A stretch of DNA of 64,000 nucleotides from Lachnospiraceae bacterium (lineage in GTDB: Bacteria; Bacillota; Clostridia; Lachnospirales; Lachnospiraceae). The notes beneath the pieces were generated by a model. The model was not told the DNA's origin. It saw only the letters and a list, made by a program, of their open reading frames with translations, and did not search any database. This document shows, piece after piece, positions 1-8,200 of this stretch; the stretch's first letter is position 1; each line of letters begins with the position of its first letter. Both the position numbers and the translations under genes were made by a program. Location: NCBI GenBank assembly GCA_021202635.1, contig JAJQCQ010000079.1, positions 378 to 64,377 of the forward strand. The letters run 5' to 3'.

Positions 1-2
1 TG

Positions 3-2564
3 CTGAAAGAAAATAAAATTCAGAAGAAATTTTTTATTGACCTCGCACCCTTATTTCTTAAGGATCCTTATGTCGAAGGAAAAACAGAACTCTGCAATCA
101 GTTAAGGATTCTTTCCAATAAGGGATCCAGTCCGGAAGCAAAAACTGTTTTCCTTACAGCCATTACATTGCTTGCTGTGACGCGTGGATATTGGGATAAT
201 TTCGCCTTAAGCATCATCCCACTGTATTCTGACGTCGAGGAAGAGCTTAGCAATTCTGAAACCATCTGTCAGTCCGATTATATGAAAAAATGTAAGAAAC
301 TGCAGGCCGATTACGAGCGCACTTGCCGCAGGGGAATCAAAGCTGGAATCGAAGCCATGCTTAAAATTGCAGAAGATGCTGATGCCCTGGCTGCCCAGGA
401 TTCTGCCAGCCAGGCAGAAAGAGGAGAAGCATATTATCTTGCAAGTAAAGCTTATGGCTGGCTTACCGATCATTCTAAGGACGATAAAGGATACATGAAC
501 AACCATAAGGAACGGCTTAAAGAAGCAGTCAAATGCAACAATGGGGATGCTCTGGCAAAAGAAGGTGAAGAATTATTCCTCCAGTTTAAAAAATACAATA
601 CTTACAGCAACCTTGAGCAATCATGCAAAAGGTATATAAAAATTATAGAGCTGGAAGATAACATACATATGGGGGAAGCTTACTGGAAGCTTTATCTGGC
701 CTGTGCAGAATATCAGTACAAGCTCCCAGATGGCTATAGCGCCGATCACTGTCTGAAAAGGGGGTATGAATGCGGCCATCCGGATGCTGTCAGGAAATAT
801 AAAGAATTAAATACGATATCCTTTATCTGTAAAGCAGAACATTCCGGACAGGAGTCCTGCGGAATCTGCTATATAAATGAGAAAAACCGTATTTATGAAA
901 TCATAGAGAAAACAAAACCCCAAAACTGGGATCTACATCTGCGTGAGTCCGGATCCATGGAAAAAGGCACCCTCACATTCAGCTCTGAGAAAACATATTT
1001 CTTTTTAGTGAGCGAGGATCCAGACAGGAACCTGAGCGACTACCTGCATGTAATGCAGGCCATTAAGGACTCCAAAAAAGATCCATCTGCCTGCAAAGTG
1101 GAAATATTCCTGCGCGGGAACCAGGATAAAATCTCCGCCATTGCAGACACGGCGATCAGCCACATGGGCGGGAATATCATTCCGACGCATATTATTGACG
1201 ACAGCAAAGAATCCGCTGCCGTCCTTGCCAGGCACCCCCTCTGCTATCCGGTCAGGGACATGCTTATGAAGAACCGGCAGGCATCAGAGGGAGAATGCAT
1301 ATTCAATTACGTGATTATCGGAAACAGTGAGTGCTGCAAATGGCTTCTCCGGGACGCATACTGGATGCTCACCTTCAGGAACCTGCTCATTAAACCACAT
1401 ATCACCCTGATTGCCCCGGATGCGGCTGATGTTAAGGATGAAATCAACTGCATCTGTCCCCATATGGATCAGGCAAAACGCAGCGCCCCGCTTTTCGCCG
1501 GCAACGAATTTTCCGATATTCCGCAGATAGACTTTCAGACATTAAAATACAATTCAGCTTCCCTGATGAAGGAAATCAGGAAAATTTTAAAGGCCGGCCC
1601 ATCCTATTTCAGCATTGATATCGGATCGGATCTGGATAACCTGAACCTGGCAACCCGGCTAAGGGAAGAAACAGTCAGAAACTGGGTGGATGGAAGCAGG
1701 ACAGATAAAGATGTATATACGGGCACAAAAGAGCTCCCTGTTATTACCTTCCGGTGCAAAGACCCGGATATCTCAATGCTGAGCAGATCCACGGTCGTCC
1801 TCAGCGAAGCCGCAGGCATGGCATGGTATAATAATTATAACCTGATCCCATTCGGAAGTCTGATGGAACTATACGGCTGGGATTCCCTGACAGATAATGT
1901 TCTTGAGAAAATCAGCATGAATGCCCATCTGCAATACTACTTTGAAGCAAATTCCGCTGGCAGGAATAAAAATGCCAGCATCCGTGAGCAGGCCATAACC
2001 GAATACTACGTCAGGACATACAACCGGGATTCCAGCATGGCGCTGGCAATGAGCCTTCCATACCGTATCTGCCAGTTCAGGTACGAAAACATGGGGCCGG
2101 TATTCCCTGCAGGATGGGATATTTCTGACAGGGATGCTTTTTTCTCTGAAGCTTCAAGGGAACAGATTGCTGCTGTTATAGGCGACAGTCCGGAAAAAAT
2201 TGACATACCAAAGGATGATGACCACTACAATCCGATCCATACAGATTCTGAATATGCCGAGACCCTCCGGATGGCTGAATGGGAGCACGAGCGCTGGAAC
2301 AGGTACATGATTTCAAGAGGCTGGAGTCCGGCTGATACGGACATGGTAAAAAAATACTATGATATGGGGAACAGACGGCAGCAGCTGTTTGCAGGGAAGC
2401 TGCACCCCTGCATAACAGAGTATGGGAAGCTTCAGAAGGTTGAATCTGATTTGCGAAAGAAAACCGGCATGAAGAAAAATTTCCGAGACAGTGATATTAA
2501 GAGCATCCAGAACACGGTTCCGCTTATACAAATGATGTGGACACAGGAACCATTCAGGGAATAA
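3..2564 (+). CDS. Large multidomain protein, 5'-partial (frame open to window edge): Sel1/TPR-like helical repeats + Rossmann-like central region + C-terminal RyR-like domain
   Basis: ORF track gives 168..2564, but the same frame has no stop back to nt 3, so the N-terminus lies outside the window. MAEWEHERWNRYMISRGW...KLHPCITEYGKL (nt ~2271-2435) fits my recollection of the RyR-domain signature (E..HE.W....GW....HP.L..Y..L). GEAYYLASKAYGW / GEAYWKLYLACAEY repeats look Sel1/TPR-like. Collinear module shared with the 17050..20280 protein. Confidence 0.6.
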   Translation: MKENKIQKKFFIDLAPLFLKDPYVEGKTELCNQLRILSNKGSSPEAKTVFLTAITLLAVTRGYWDNFALSIIPLYSDVEEELSNSETICQSDYMKKCKKLQADYERTCRRGIKAGIEAMLKIAEDADALAAQDSASQAERGEAYYLASKAYGWLTDHSKDDKGYMNNHKERLKEAVKCNNGDALAKEGEELFLQFKKYNTYSNLEQSCKRYIKIIELEDNIHMGEAYWKLYLACAEYQYKLPDGYSADHCLKRGYECGHPDAVRKYKELNTISFICKAEHSGQESCGICYINEKNRIYEIIEKTKPQNWDLHLRESGSMEKGTLTFSSEKTYFFLVSEDPDRNLSDYLHVMQAIKDSKKDPSACKVEIFLRGNQDKISAIADTAISHMGGNIIPTHIIDDSKESAAVLARHPLCYPVRDMLMKNRQASEGECIFNYVIIGNSECCKWLLRDAYWMLTFRNLLIKPHITLIAPDAADVKDEINCICPHMDQAKRSAPLFAGNEFSDIPQIDFQTLKYNSASLMKEIRKILKAGPSYFSIDIGSDLDNLNLATRLREETVRNWVDGSRTDKDVYTGTKELPVITFRCKDPDISMLSRSTVVLSEAAGMAWYNNYNLIPFGSLMELYGWDSLTDNVLEKISMNAHLQYYFEANSAGRNKNASIREQAITEYYVRTYNRDSSMALAMSLPYRICQFRYENMGPVFPAGWDISDRDAFFSEASREQIAAVIGDSPEKIDIPKDDDHYNPIHTDSEYAETLRMAEWEHERWNRYMISRGWSPADTDMVKKYYDMGNRRQQLFAGKLHPCITEYGKLQKVESDLRKKTGMKKNFRDSDIKSIQNTVPLIQMMWTQEPFRE

Positions 2565-2572
2565 CCGGCCGA

Positions 2573-2614
2573 AGCCAGGCCGCCCGGTGTGAACTTTTAC
2601 CAGGCGGCCTGGCT
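2573..2614. terminator. Perfect 12-bp inverted repeat between convergent genes (terminator-like hairpin)
   Basis: agccaggccgcc (2573-2584) pairs with ggcggcctggct (2603-2614), 18-nt loop. It lies between the + gene stop (2564) and the - gene stop (2714). No clean U-tract. Confidence 0.4.
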
Positions 2615-2713
2615 CATCTTGTCGCACAAATGCTACTATTGAAAACGATGTCGCACAGTTTTTGTCAACCCATCGCAGGGAAAGAGTTTTCCTGCTTAAT
2701 TTGCCACCGGGTC

Positions 2714-4600
2714 TTAAGAAGCTGTTTCTATTACTTTTCTAAGTTTCCGCGCCCTACGCTGCGCATAAAATTGTCCCTGTTCCGCCTCTTTTTCGTACCA
2801 GTATACAGCTTTTTCCAGATTTTTCTCACTTCCGTATGCTCCGAACTCATACATAGAACCCAGACGACCCATTGCTCTTGTCGAGTTTAAGGCAGCCGCT
2901 TTTTGATACCATTCGACTGCTTTTGACAGATCGGTTGGAATTATCTCAAAAGAATACAAATAATTATGAGCTACGATTTCCATTGCCCTTACGTTTCCCA
3001 AAGCAGCTTCTTTTTCTCCTATTGCCATCGCCTTATCAAACCACTCCCTTGCCCTATTTGCATTTGCCTCGATGCCTTCTCCTTTTTTATAGCATCTGGC
3101 AACCTGAAAACAGGCATCAAGATCCCCTTCCCGTGTTTTTTCTAAAAATGTCACGAAAGCCTTCTTATACCAGGAATCCGACATTGCCTGATCTTTAAGA
3201 ATACCCTGCCCCTGCTTATACAAATATCCCAGCCGGCTCTGGTTATATGCATCGCCTTGCTCCGCCGCTTTCATACACCATTTTATTGCTTCTGTCATAT
3301 TCTTTGGAGCATACGGTTTCCCGCTTTCATAAGTTCGTGCAACTTCGTATTGTGCCCACAAATTCCCTTGTTCTGCCAGATTTTTTTTCTGAACAAACGC
3401 TTTCGCCCGCCATTCTTCGGCTCTGACATGGTCTTCCTGTACGCCTTTCCCATACTCATACAAGTACGCAAGCATTTCCTGGGCATGAAGATCCCCCTTC
3501 AATGCTGATGTCTGCCATCCGGCAGCCGCGCGAGCATAAAATGCTTCCGCCGTTTTCGTATCCTTCTGCACACCTCTTCCGAATTCAAGCAGGATACCCA
3601 TGCGGTACATGGAATCCGTATCGTTCCTATTTGCTCCCGTTCTGTAGCATTCCGCCGCAGATGGCAGATCAGAAGCCACGCCGCAGCCTTTTTCATACTG
3701 GTATCCCAGGTAATACATCGCGTTCGTATGTCCATGACGCACTGCCTCTTTGAACAGCCCGAATGAAGCTTTATAATCCCCTGCATCGTAAGATTTCTTC
3801 GCTTTCTGGAAGAAATCCTCAGCAGATGTGTCCGGCGACTTAGGAGCTGAATTTAATAAGTTAAAGACGGAAGAAGGACAGACATTACTTTTCTGTATCT
3901 TTTTCTCAACCTGTCCCAAACTTTTATTTTGAACTGTTAAACCAGCAGGCTTATTTTCAGTCGGCTGATGATAAGTATTCTGTTTCATTCCAGAGTCAGC
4001 TATTCCAGGTTTTTGATTCCTGCTTTCCGCAGGGAGCCACCGGATGATGTCACTGTAATAGTCACTTTTGCGGTTCAGTTCATGCTTCGGGTGGATCCGT
4101 ACACGTTCATTATTATTGTTGAATACACATTCAAAGAGCTTTTGTAATGTATCAAAAGACTGGTTTTTCTCTGCCTTGGAAAGACTGCTGCTGCGGATAA
4201 ACGGATCTACCACATGATCCACAAAGTCAACAATATTGCCTACATTTTCCACATCCAGGGCAAGGAATGGTAACGGAACACGCCTGTGGCGCGCCTGCGT
4301 ACGCTCAGACAGTGTTGCCAGTATTTCATGATAACAGTTCTGGCTAATCATAGAGTGGCGGCTGACGTAAAAGAGCATATACACGCAGTCAAAGCTCTCA
4401 ATAGCCGCCATCGCATCATCCCTCCATGAAGGTTTCTGCTTATCCAGGCTTTTTTCATCAAGCCACACATTATACCCCATCTGCTGCAGGTAAAAGACAT
4501 CTTCATACACAATGTGGCAGTCTGCCGCTGAATAGCAAATATATATGTATGGTTTATCCGGATCATAGCTGTTTATTCTATCCAGTATACTGTCTGCCAT
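2714..4600 (-). CDS. TIR-domain protein with C-terminal Sel1 (SLR) repeat array
   Basis: N-terminus PYIYICYSAADCHIVYEDVFYLQQMGYNVWLDEKSL...MLFYVSRHSMISQNCYHEIL fits the TIR pattern, including the conserved Glu (codon 4325-4327). The C-terminal ~350 aa is a run of Sel1 repeats (AMYYLGYQYEKGCGVASDLPSAAECY; LAYLYEYGKGVQEDHVRAEEW; LGYLYKQGQGILKDQAMSDSWY; LGSMYEFGAYGSEKNLEKAVYWY). Start moved to ATG 4600 (GGAGGGA 6 nt upstream). Confidence 0.8.
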   Translation of the reverse strand: MADSILDRINSYDPDKPYIYICYSAADCHIVYEDVFYLQQMGYNVWLDEKSLDKQKPSWRDDAMAAIESFDCVYMLFYVSRHSMISQNCYHEILATLSERTQARHRRVPLPFLALDVENVGNIVDFVDHVVDPFIRSSSLSKAEKNQSFDTLQKLFECVFNNNNERVRIHPKHELNRKSDYYSDIIRWLPAESRNQKPGIADSGMKQNTYHQPTENKPAGLTVQNKSLGQVEKKIQKSNVCPSSVFNLLNSAPKSPDTSAEDFFQKAKKSYDAGDYKASFGLFKEAVRHGHTNAMYYLGYQYEKGCGVASDLPSAAECYRTGANRNDTDSMYRMGILLEFGRGVQKDTKTAEAFYARAAAGWQTSALKGDLHAQEMLAYLYEYGKGVQEDHVRAEEWRAKAFVQKKNLAEQGNLWAQYEVARTYESGKPYAPKNMTEAIKWCMKAAEQGDAYNQSRLGYLYKQGQGILKDQAMSDSWYKKAFVTFLEKTREGDLDACFQVARCYKKGEGIEANANRAREWFDKAMAIGEKEAALGNVRAMEIVAHNYLYSFEIIPTDLSKAVEWYQKAAALNSTRAMGRLGSMYEFGAYGSEKNLEKAVYWYEKEAEQGQFYAQRRARKLRKVIETAS

Positions 4601-4651
4601 AGTTTTTCCCTCCATGCATTATCTTTCGTTGCTATTCCGCTCAGACAATTT

Positions 4652-6088
4652 TTATGCCCGCAGACACAATAATGGCCGCAGAAACGAAATAATCTTTTTG
4701 TATTTTTCTGCATATTTACGCGCTTCTCTGTTACCCAGTTTATCAGCTTTCTGGAACAGTTTCCATGCTTTTTTAATATTTTTTTCATCTCCTTTGGTAT
4801 AGCAGATCCCGGCATGCAGCAGAAACTCCGCATGTTTCTTCCGTCCCAGGGTTCCGGCAATTTCATCTTCTGCATGTAATAACACTTTTTCAAACCAGTA
4901 CCTGGCTCTGTCATATTTCCGGACGTTATAATTTTTCTCCCCTGTTTCATATTGCGCCAGCATATGTCCGAGTTTCGCTGCCTGGCACCGGCATCGGCAT
5001 GCCTCTTTATAATCTCTGTTGCGTCCGCCCCATGCATTTACTGCCAGCTGATAAAGCGCTTCCGCAGATTCTCCTTCTTCCGCTGCCTTCCGGTACCACT
5101 TCAGCGCCTCTGCCACGCTGGTGCCGGATGGCCCCATCCCAAAGCGAAGGCAGTTTCCCGCCATGACCATAGCATCCGTATTTCCTTTTTTTGCCGCCAT
5201 CATGAAGTCCATATATATCTCAAAAAAATTATGCCCGTCCCCGGAAGAACCGTCTGTAAGACCTCTATATAATTGTCTGTAACCTTCCCGGAGCCAGACA
5301 GAGCCGTCAGTATCCTCCTTATATTCTTCCGCTTTTGTTTTTAATGCCATATCCCTGCTGTCGAAGCGGTGCATGTTTTCCAGCAGCCATGTCTGCTTAA
5401 GGGTCTCTGTGTACAGCCTGCCAGTTTTATCGTTTTTGTCAGATATACCAATATGAAGAAGCTCCTGTTCCGCTTTTTCAAATAAATCCTTCGCGATGCC
5501 CGGATCCCTGCTTACACCTGAACCACTGCTATAGCAGCAGCCCAGAAAATACATGCATTCACAGGCAGAGAATGCATCCAGTTCGTTCATTTTGCCGATA
5601 CAGTCCGCATATAACACTTCCAGGAGGAAGCAGGTATCCTTGTCCCCTTCCGGTGAACCAAGCGCCTGCAGGAAATGCCCCACAGCTTCCGGAAATCTTT
5701 TTTCGGAATAACACTTTTTGCCACGTTCATACTGTTCCTGTGCGGTAAGTCCCTCCTGGCATCCAGTCCCATTGCGGTCCGTTTCTCCGCAATGGGAATC
5801 CTGTCTTTCTGCCTGCCAGTCCATTGCCAGATTATTTTCGAACTGTTCCATCTCTTCTGCAGACAGAAGTACAAGGGATGGAAAACTCAGGATATCCCTG
5901 CTGAAGTCCCACCCGCAGCATGCGCAGGCGTTGCCCTCTTTCTCCCTGCTTCCGCATCTTGGACAGGCTGTTGCTGCCCCATTCTCCATGGAAAACAGGT
6001 TCTGCGGGAAAATTTCTGCGGCAGCCGGATTGCAGCAGGGAGTACCCGCCCCTCTGCTGTCCGTCTGGATAAAACCAGCTTCAGCCAT
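4652..6088 (-). CDS. Zinc-ribbon + Sel1-like repeat protein
   Basis: N-terminal CPRC-x8-CACC zinc-ribbon motif. Sel1-like repeats follow (FLGCCYSSGSGVSRDPGIAKDLFEKA; MAGNCLRFGMGPSGTSVAEALKWYRKAAEEG; LYQLAVNAWGGRNRDYKEA). Start ATG 6088 has a GGGGAGGA RBS 5 nt upstream and sits 1 nt after the upstream TGA (6090-6092). Confidence 0.7.
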   Translation of the reverse strand: MAEAGFIQTDSRGAGTPCCNPAAAEIFPQNLFSMENGAATACPRCGSREKEGNACACCGWDFSRDILSFPSLVLLSAEEMEQFENNLAMDWQAERQDSHCGETDRNGTGCQEGLTAQEQYERGKKCYSEKRFPEAVGHFLQALGSPEGDKDTCFLLEVLYADCIGKMNELDAFSACECMYFLGCCYSSGSGVSRDPGIAKDLFEKAEQELLHIGISDKNDKTGRLYTETLKQTWLLENMHRFDSRDMALKTKAEEYKEDTDGSVWLREGYRQLYRGLTDGSSGDGHNFFEIYMDFMMAAKKGNTDAMVMAGNCLRFGMGPSGTSVAEALKWYRKAAEEGESAEALYQLAVNAWGGRNRDYKEACRCRCQAAKLGHMLAQYETGEKNYNVRKYDRARYWFEKVLLHAEDEIAGTLGRKKHAEFLLHAGICYTKGDEKNIKKAWKLFQKADKLGNREARKYAEKYKKIISFLRPLLCLRA

Positions 6089-6089
6089 A

Positions 6090-7514
6090 TCAATCCTCCC
6101 CTTTCCTCTTATGGAATGCCTTCTCCCAGGCACGGATTTCCCGGAGAATGTCTTCCTTCGGGTTCGTCGGGCAGGCCGCCAGCAGGCTGCTGAATTTATC
6201 TTTTCCCAGTATGTACGCCCCTGCTTTTAAAGAATCTATCGCCTCATCCTGGAATTTATCCAGATCCTCGCTGCCTGCGGCCCCCAGGCTCATCCCGCAT
6301 CCGAGGACTGGCCGGCAGGATCCGTTCCATACCGCATCAAGAATATCCAGTTTGATGCTGTTAATCAGGCGGTCCAGATCCCTGTAATTGTAGTTCTCTG
6401 TCATCCCTGCCATACTGTCAAATGTCAGGTCGTCCGCAAGCACCAGACTGCCCGCCAGGTCCCGCTTGAACTTGTCCGCCCTTGCCGCCTGGTCAGGAAG
6501 CCCTACAGAGATCAGATCCATCCGGTCCAGCACGGCGGAATCCACCCTGCCGGGATAATTCGTAGCAGCCACTATATATACCTGGTTCATTTTTTTCTTT
6601 TCCGCAGCCACCATGTCAAACCCGGTCAGGAACGAAGTCGTAAGCGTAGCGGAATGGTCTGGCAGGTCCTGTGCCGACCGGTTCCTGCAGACCCCGTCAA
6701 TCTCGTCAAAAAAGAGGAGACATGGGGCATTCTCAACAGCCATCTGGAAAAGGCTTGTCAGGATTTTTTCTGCCTCGCCCACATAACGGCTGAGGATATC
6801 AGAAACATTGGCAGATATAAATCTGCAGCCGTACCCCGTCATAATTTCATGGGCAAAAGCCTGTATGATATGCGTCTTTCCGCAGCCTGGCGGCCCCACA
6901 AACAGGAGGGCGGCCATATCTTCCAGCTTAAGGTATTTCTTAATTTTCCACATCCGGCTGCTGTCCATATACCTGGCCATGCGTGCTTTTTCTTTCTCCA
7001 TCCCTGCGATATCCTGGAAGCCGTGGCCGGGAGGTTCCTTTTTTATGCATTCCCTGGCAAGTGTTTCCCTCCTCTCCTTTTCACTCTTCCCCGCCTGCAT
7101 GCTCCCTTCCGCCCTGTTCATTCCCGGTCCGGCCGGTCTTTTTGCTGCAGGGACATACAATCCGCCTCCATCCAGGGCCTCCGGTTCCTGCATCTGCGTT
7201 TCCTTCGGGCGCATCATTTTTTCGTAAACCTCCGGGGCAATTTCCTTTATGATATCCAGCATCTGTCCCATAAGCTCCTGAAGCTTTTCCTTCTGGTACT
7301 GTTTTTCTTCCCCCACGCTGATTTTTGCCATCCTGCTGCGCAGCTTTGCTGCCTCAGACAGCAGGGAATATTCTTCCTTCGTATGCGTATTGCCGTTTCT
7401 GTAAAAAACATTCTGGCTTTCCCGCATCAGCCGCAGGCATTTGTTTTCCAGCGCAGACATTGTTTCCATGTAGTTATCCGTCATTCTCCTCCTTGGCGTT
7501 CCGGCCTGTTTCAC
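6090..7514 (-). CDS. Classic-clade AAA+ ATPase, Vps4/katanin-like, with helical N-terminal domain
   Basis: Walker A GPPGCGKT (nt 6873-6896), Walker B LLFFDEID, SRH ATNYPGRVDSAVLDRM. Segments LFQMAVENAPCLLFFDEIDGV and GLPDQAARADKFK parallel yeast Vps4 LFAMARENKPSIIFIDEVDAL and PLPDLAARTTMFE (recalled from memory). The GTG start at 7514 overlaps the upstream TGA (GTGA). An alternative ATG at 7484 follows AAGGAGGAG. Confidence 0.8.
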   Translation of the reverse strand: MKQAGTPRRRMTDNYMETMSALENKCLRLMRESQNVFYRNGNTHTKEEYSLLSEAAKLRSRMAKISVGEEKQYQKEKLQELMGQMLDIIKEIAPEVYEKMMRPKETQMQEPEALDGGGLYVPAAKRPAGPGMNRAEGSMQAGKSEKERRETLARECIKKEPPGHGFQDIAGMEKEKARMARYMDSSRMWKIKKYLKLEDMAALLFVGPPGCGKTHIIQAFAHEIMTGYGCRFISANVSDILSRYVGEAEKILTSLFQMAVENAPCLLFFDEIDGVCRNRSAQDLPDHSATLTTSFLTGFDMVAAEKKKMNQVYIVAATNYPGRVDSAVLDRMDLISVGLPDQAARADKFKRDLAGSLVLADDLTFDSMAGMTENYNYRDLDRLINSIKLDILDAVWNGSCRPVLGCGMSLGAAGSEDLDKFQDEAIDSLKAGAYILGKDKFSSLLAACPTNPKEDILREIRAWEKAFHKRKGED

Positions 7515-8182
7515 TTTAAGAATTCCAGGATCTGGTCATAAAGCACATTCTCATCCCTCGTCCGGGCTGTCATATTATTTTCCGGGAACAGCCGCAGCCA
7601 TTCATCGATCTCCTCATCAGCAGGCTTCTGCGATTCCGCCATGCATTCTTCCAGGCTTTTGCCGTCTATCAGGGCATCAATCACATCCCTGTCCGCCAGG
7701 GCGTCCATCTGTATATCTTCGTTCTGGAACGATGTCTCCAGTTCACTCAGCGCGGCCAGTGTCTTAACAAGCTCTGTCCCTGACTCCGAAGCCTTCTGGT
7801 CCAGGCTTTTCAGGTTATCCTTTACCTTTTTCGAATCCAGGCCATTGACCCGGCCTGAAAGAAAATTCATTTTCTGCAGTGCCGACCCCGTATCACGGAT
7901 TGCCTCCTTCAGTTCCAGGTCTTTACTGATGTTCCGCAGGTTTTTCTGTCCGCGCATGATTGTACAAAGGCTGTAATACGCAATCCCGATCCTTGCATAG
8001 TTGGAACGGTCCGCCAGTCCTTTCTTCTTATCAGCCCTGGCACAGCCCAGTTCAAAGCGGAGAAGCGAATCGTAGGTCTCCTGCAGCTCCCTCAGCTTCA
8101 TATCCAGTTCAAGTATTATCTTATCTGCATCCTGCTTTTTCTTCCCCTTCTGGCCGTTTGTGAAAAATCCCCCAAGTTTCAT
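7511..8182 (-). CDS. ESCRT-III/Snf7/PspA-like coiled-coil protein (223 aa)
   Basis: ESCRT-III-like size, N-terminal MKLGGFF, basic N-half (KGKKKQ, ADKKKG) and acidic C-half. ALQKMNFLSGRVNGLDSKKVKDNLKSLDQKASESGTELVKTL resembles the CHMP4/Snf7 helix-3/4 region. Acidic amphipathic C-terminal EEIDEWLRLF. GGGAGGAGGA RBS 6 nt before ATG 8182. Sits directly upstream of the Vps4-like ATPase. Confidence 0.45.
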   Translation of the reverse strand: MKLGGFFTNGQKGKKKQDADKIILELDMKLRELQETYDSLLRFELGCARADKKKGLADRSNYARIGIAYYSLCTIMRGQKNLRNISKDLELKEAIRDTGSALQKMNFLSGRVNGLDSKKVKDNLKSLDQKASESGTELVKTLAALSELETSFQNEDIQMDALADRDVIDALIDGKSLEECMAESQKPADEEIDEWLRLFPENNMTARTRDENVLYDQILEFLK

Positions 8183-8200
8183 GATGGTTCCTCCTCCCGT

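Noticed and set aside
6654-7541. 295-aa plus-strand ORF (and 6808..7227, 6983..7252) opposite the AAA+ ATPase gene
   Set aside because: It is entirely antisense to a gene with clear Walker A/B and SRH motifs. Its composition is Pro/Phe/Leu/His-rich and low-complexity, it has no RBS, and it looks like a typical shadow ORF.
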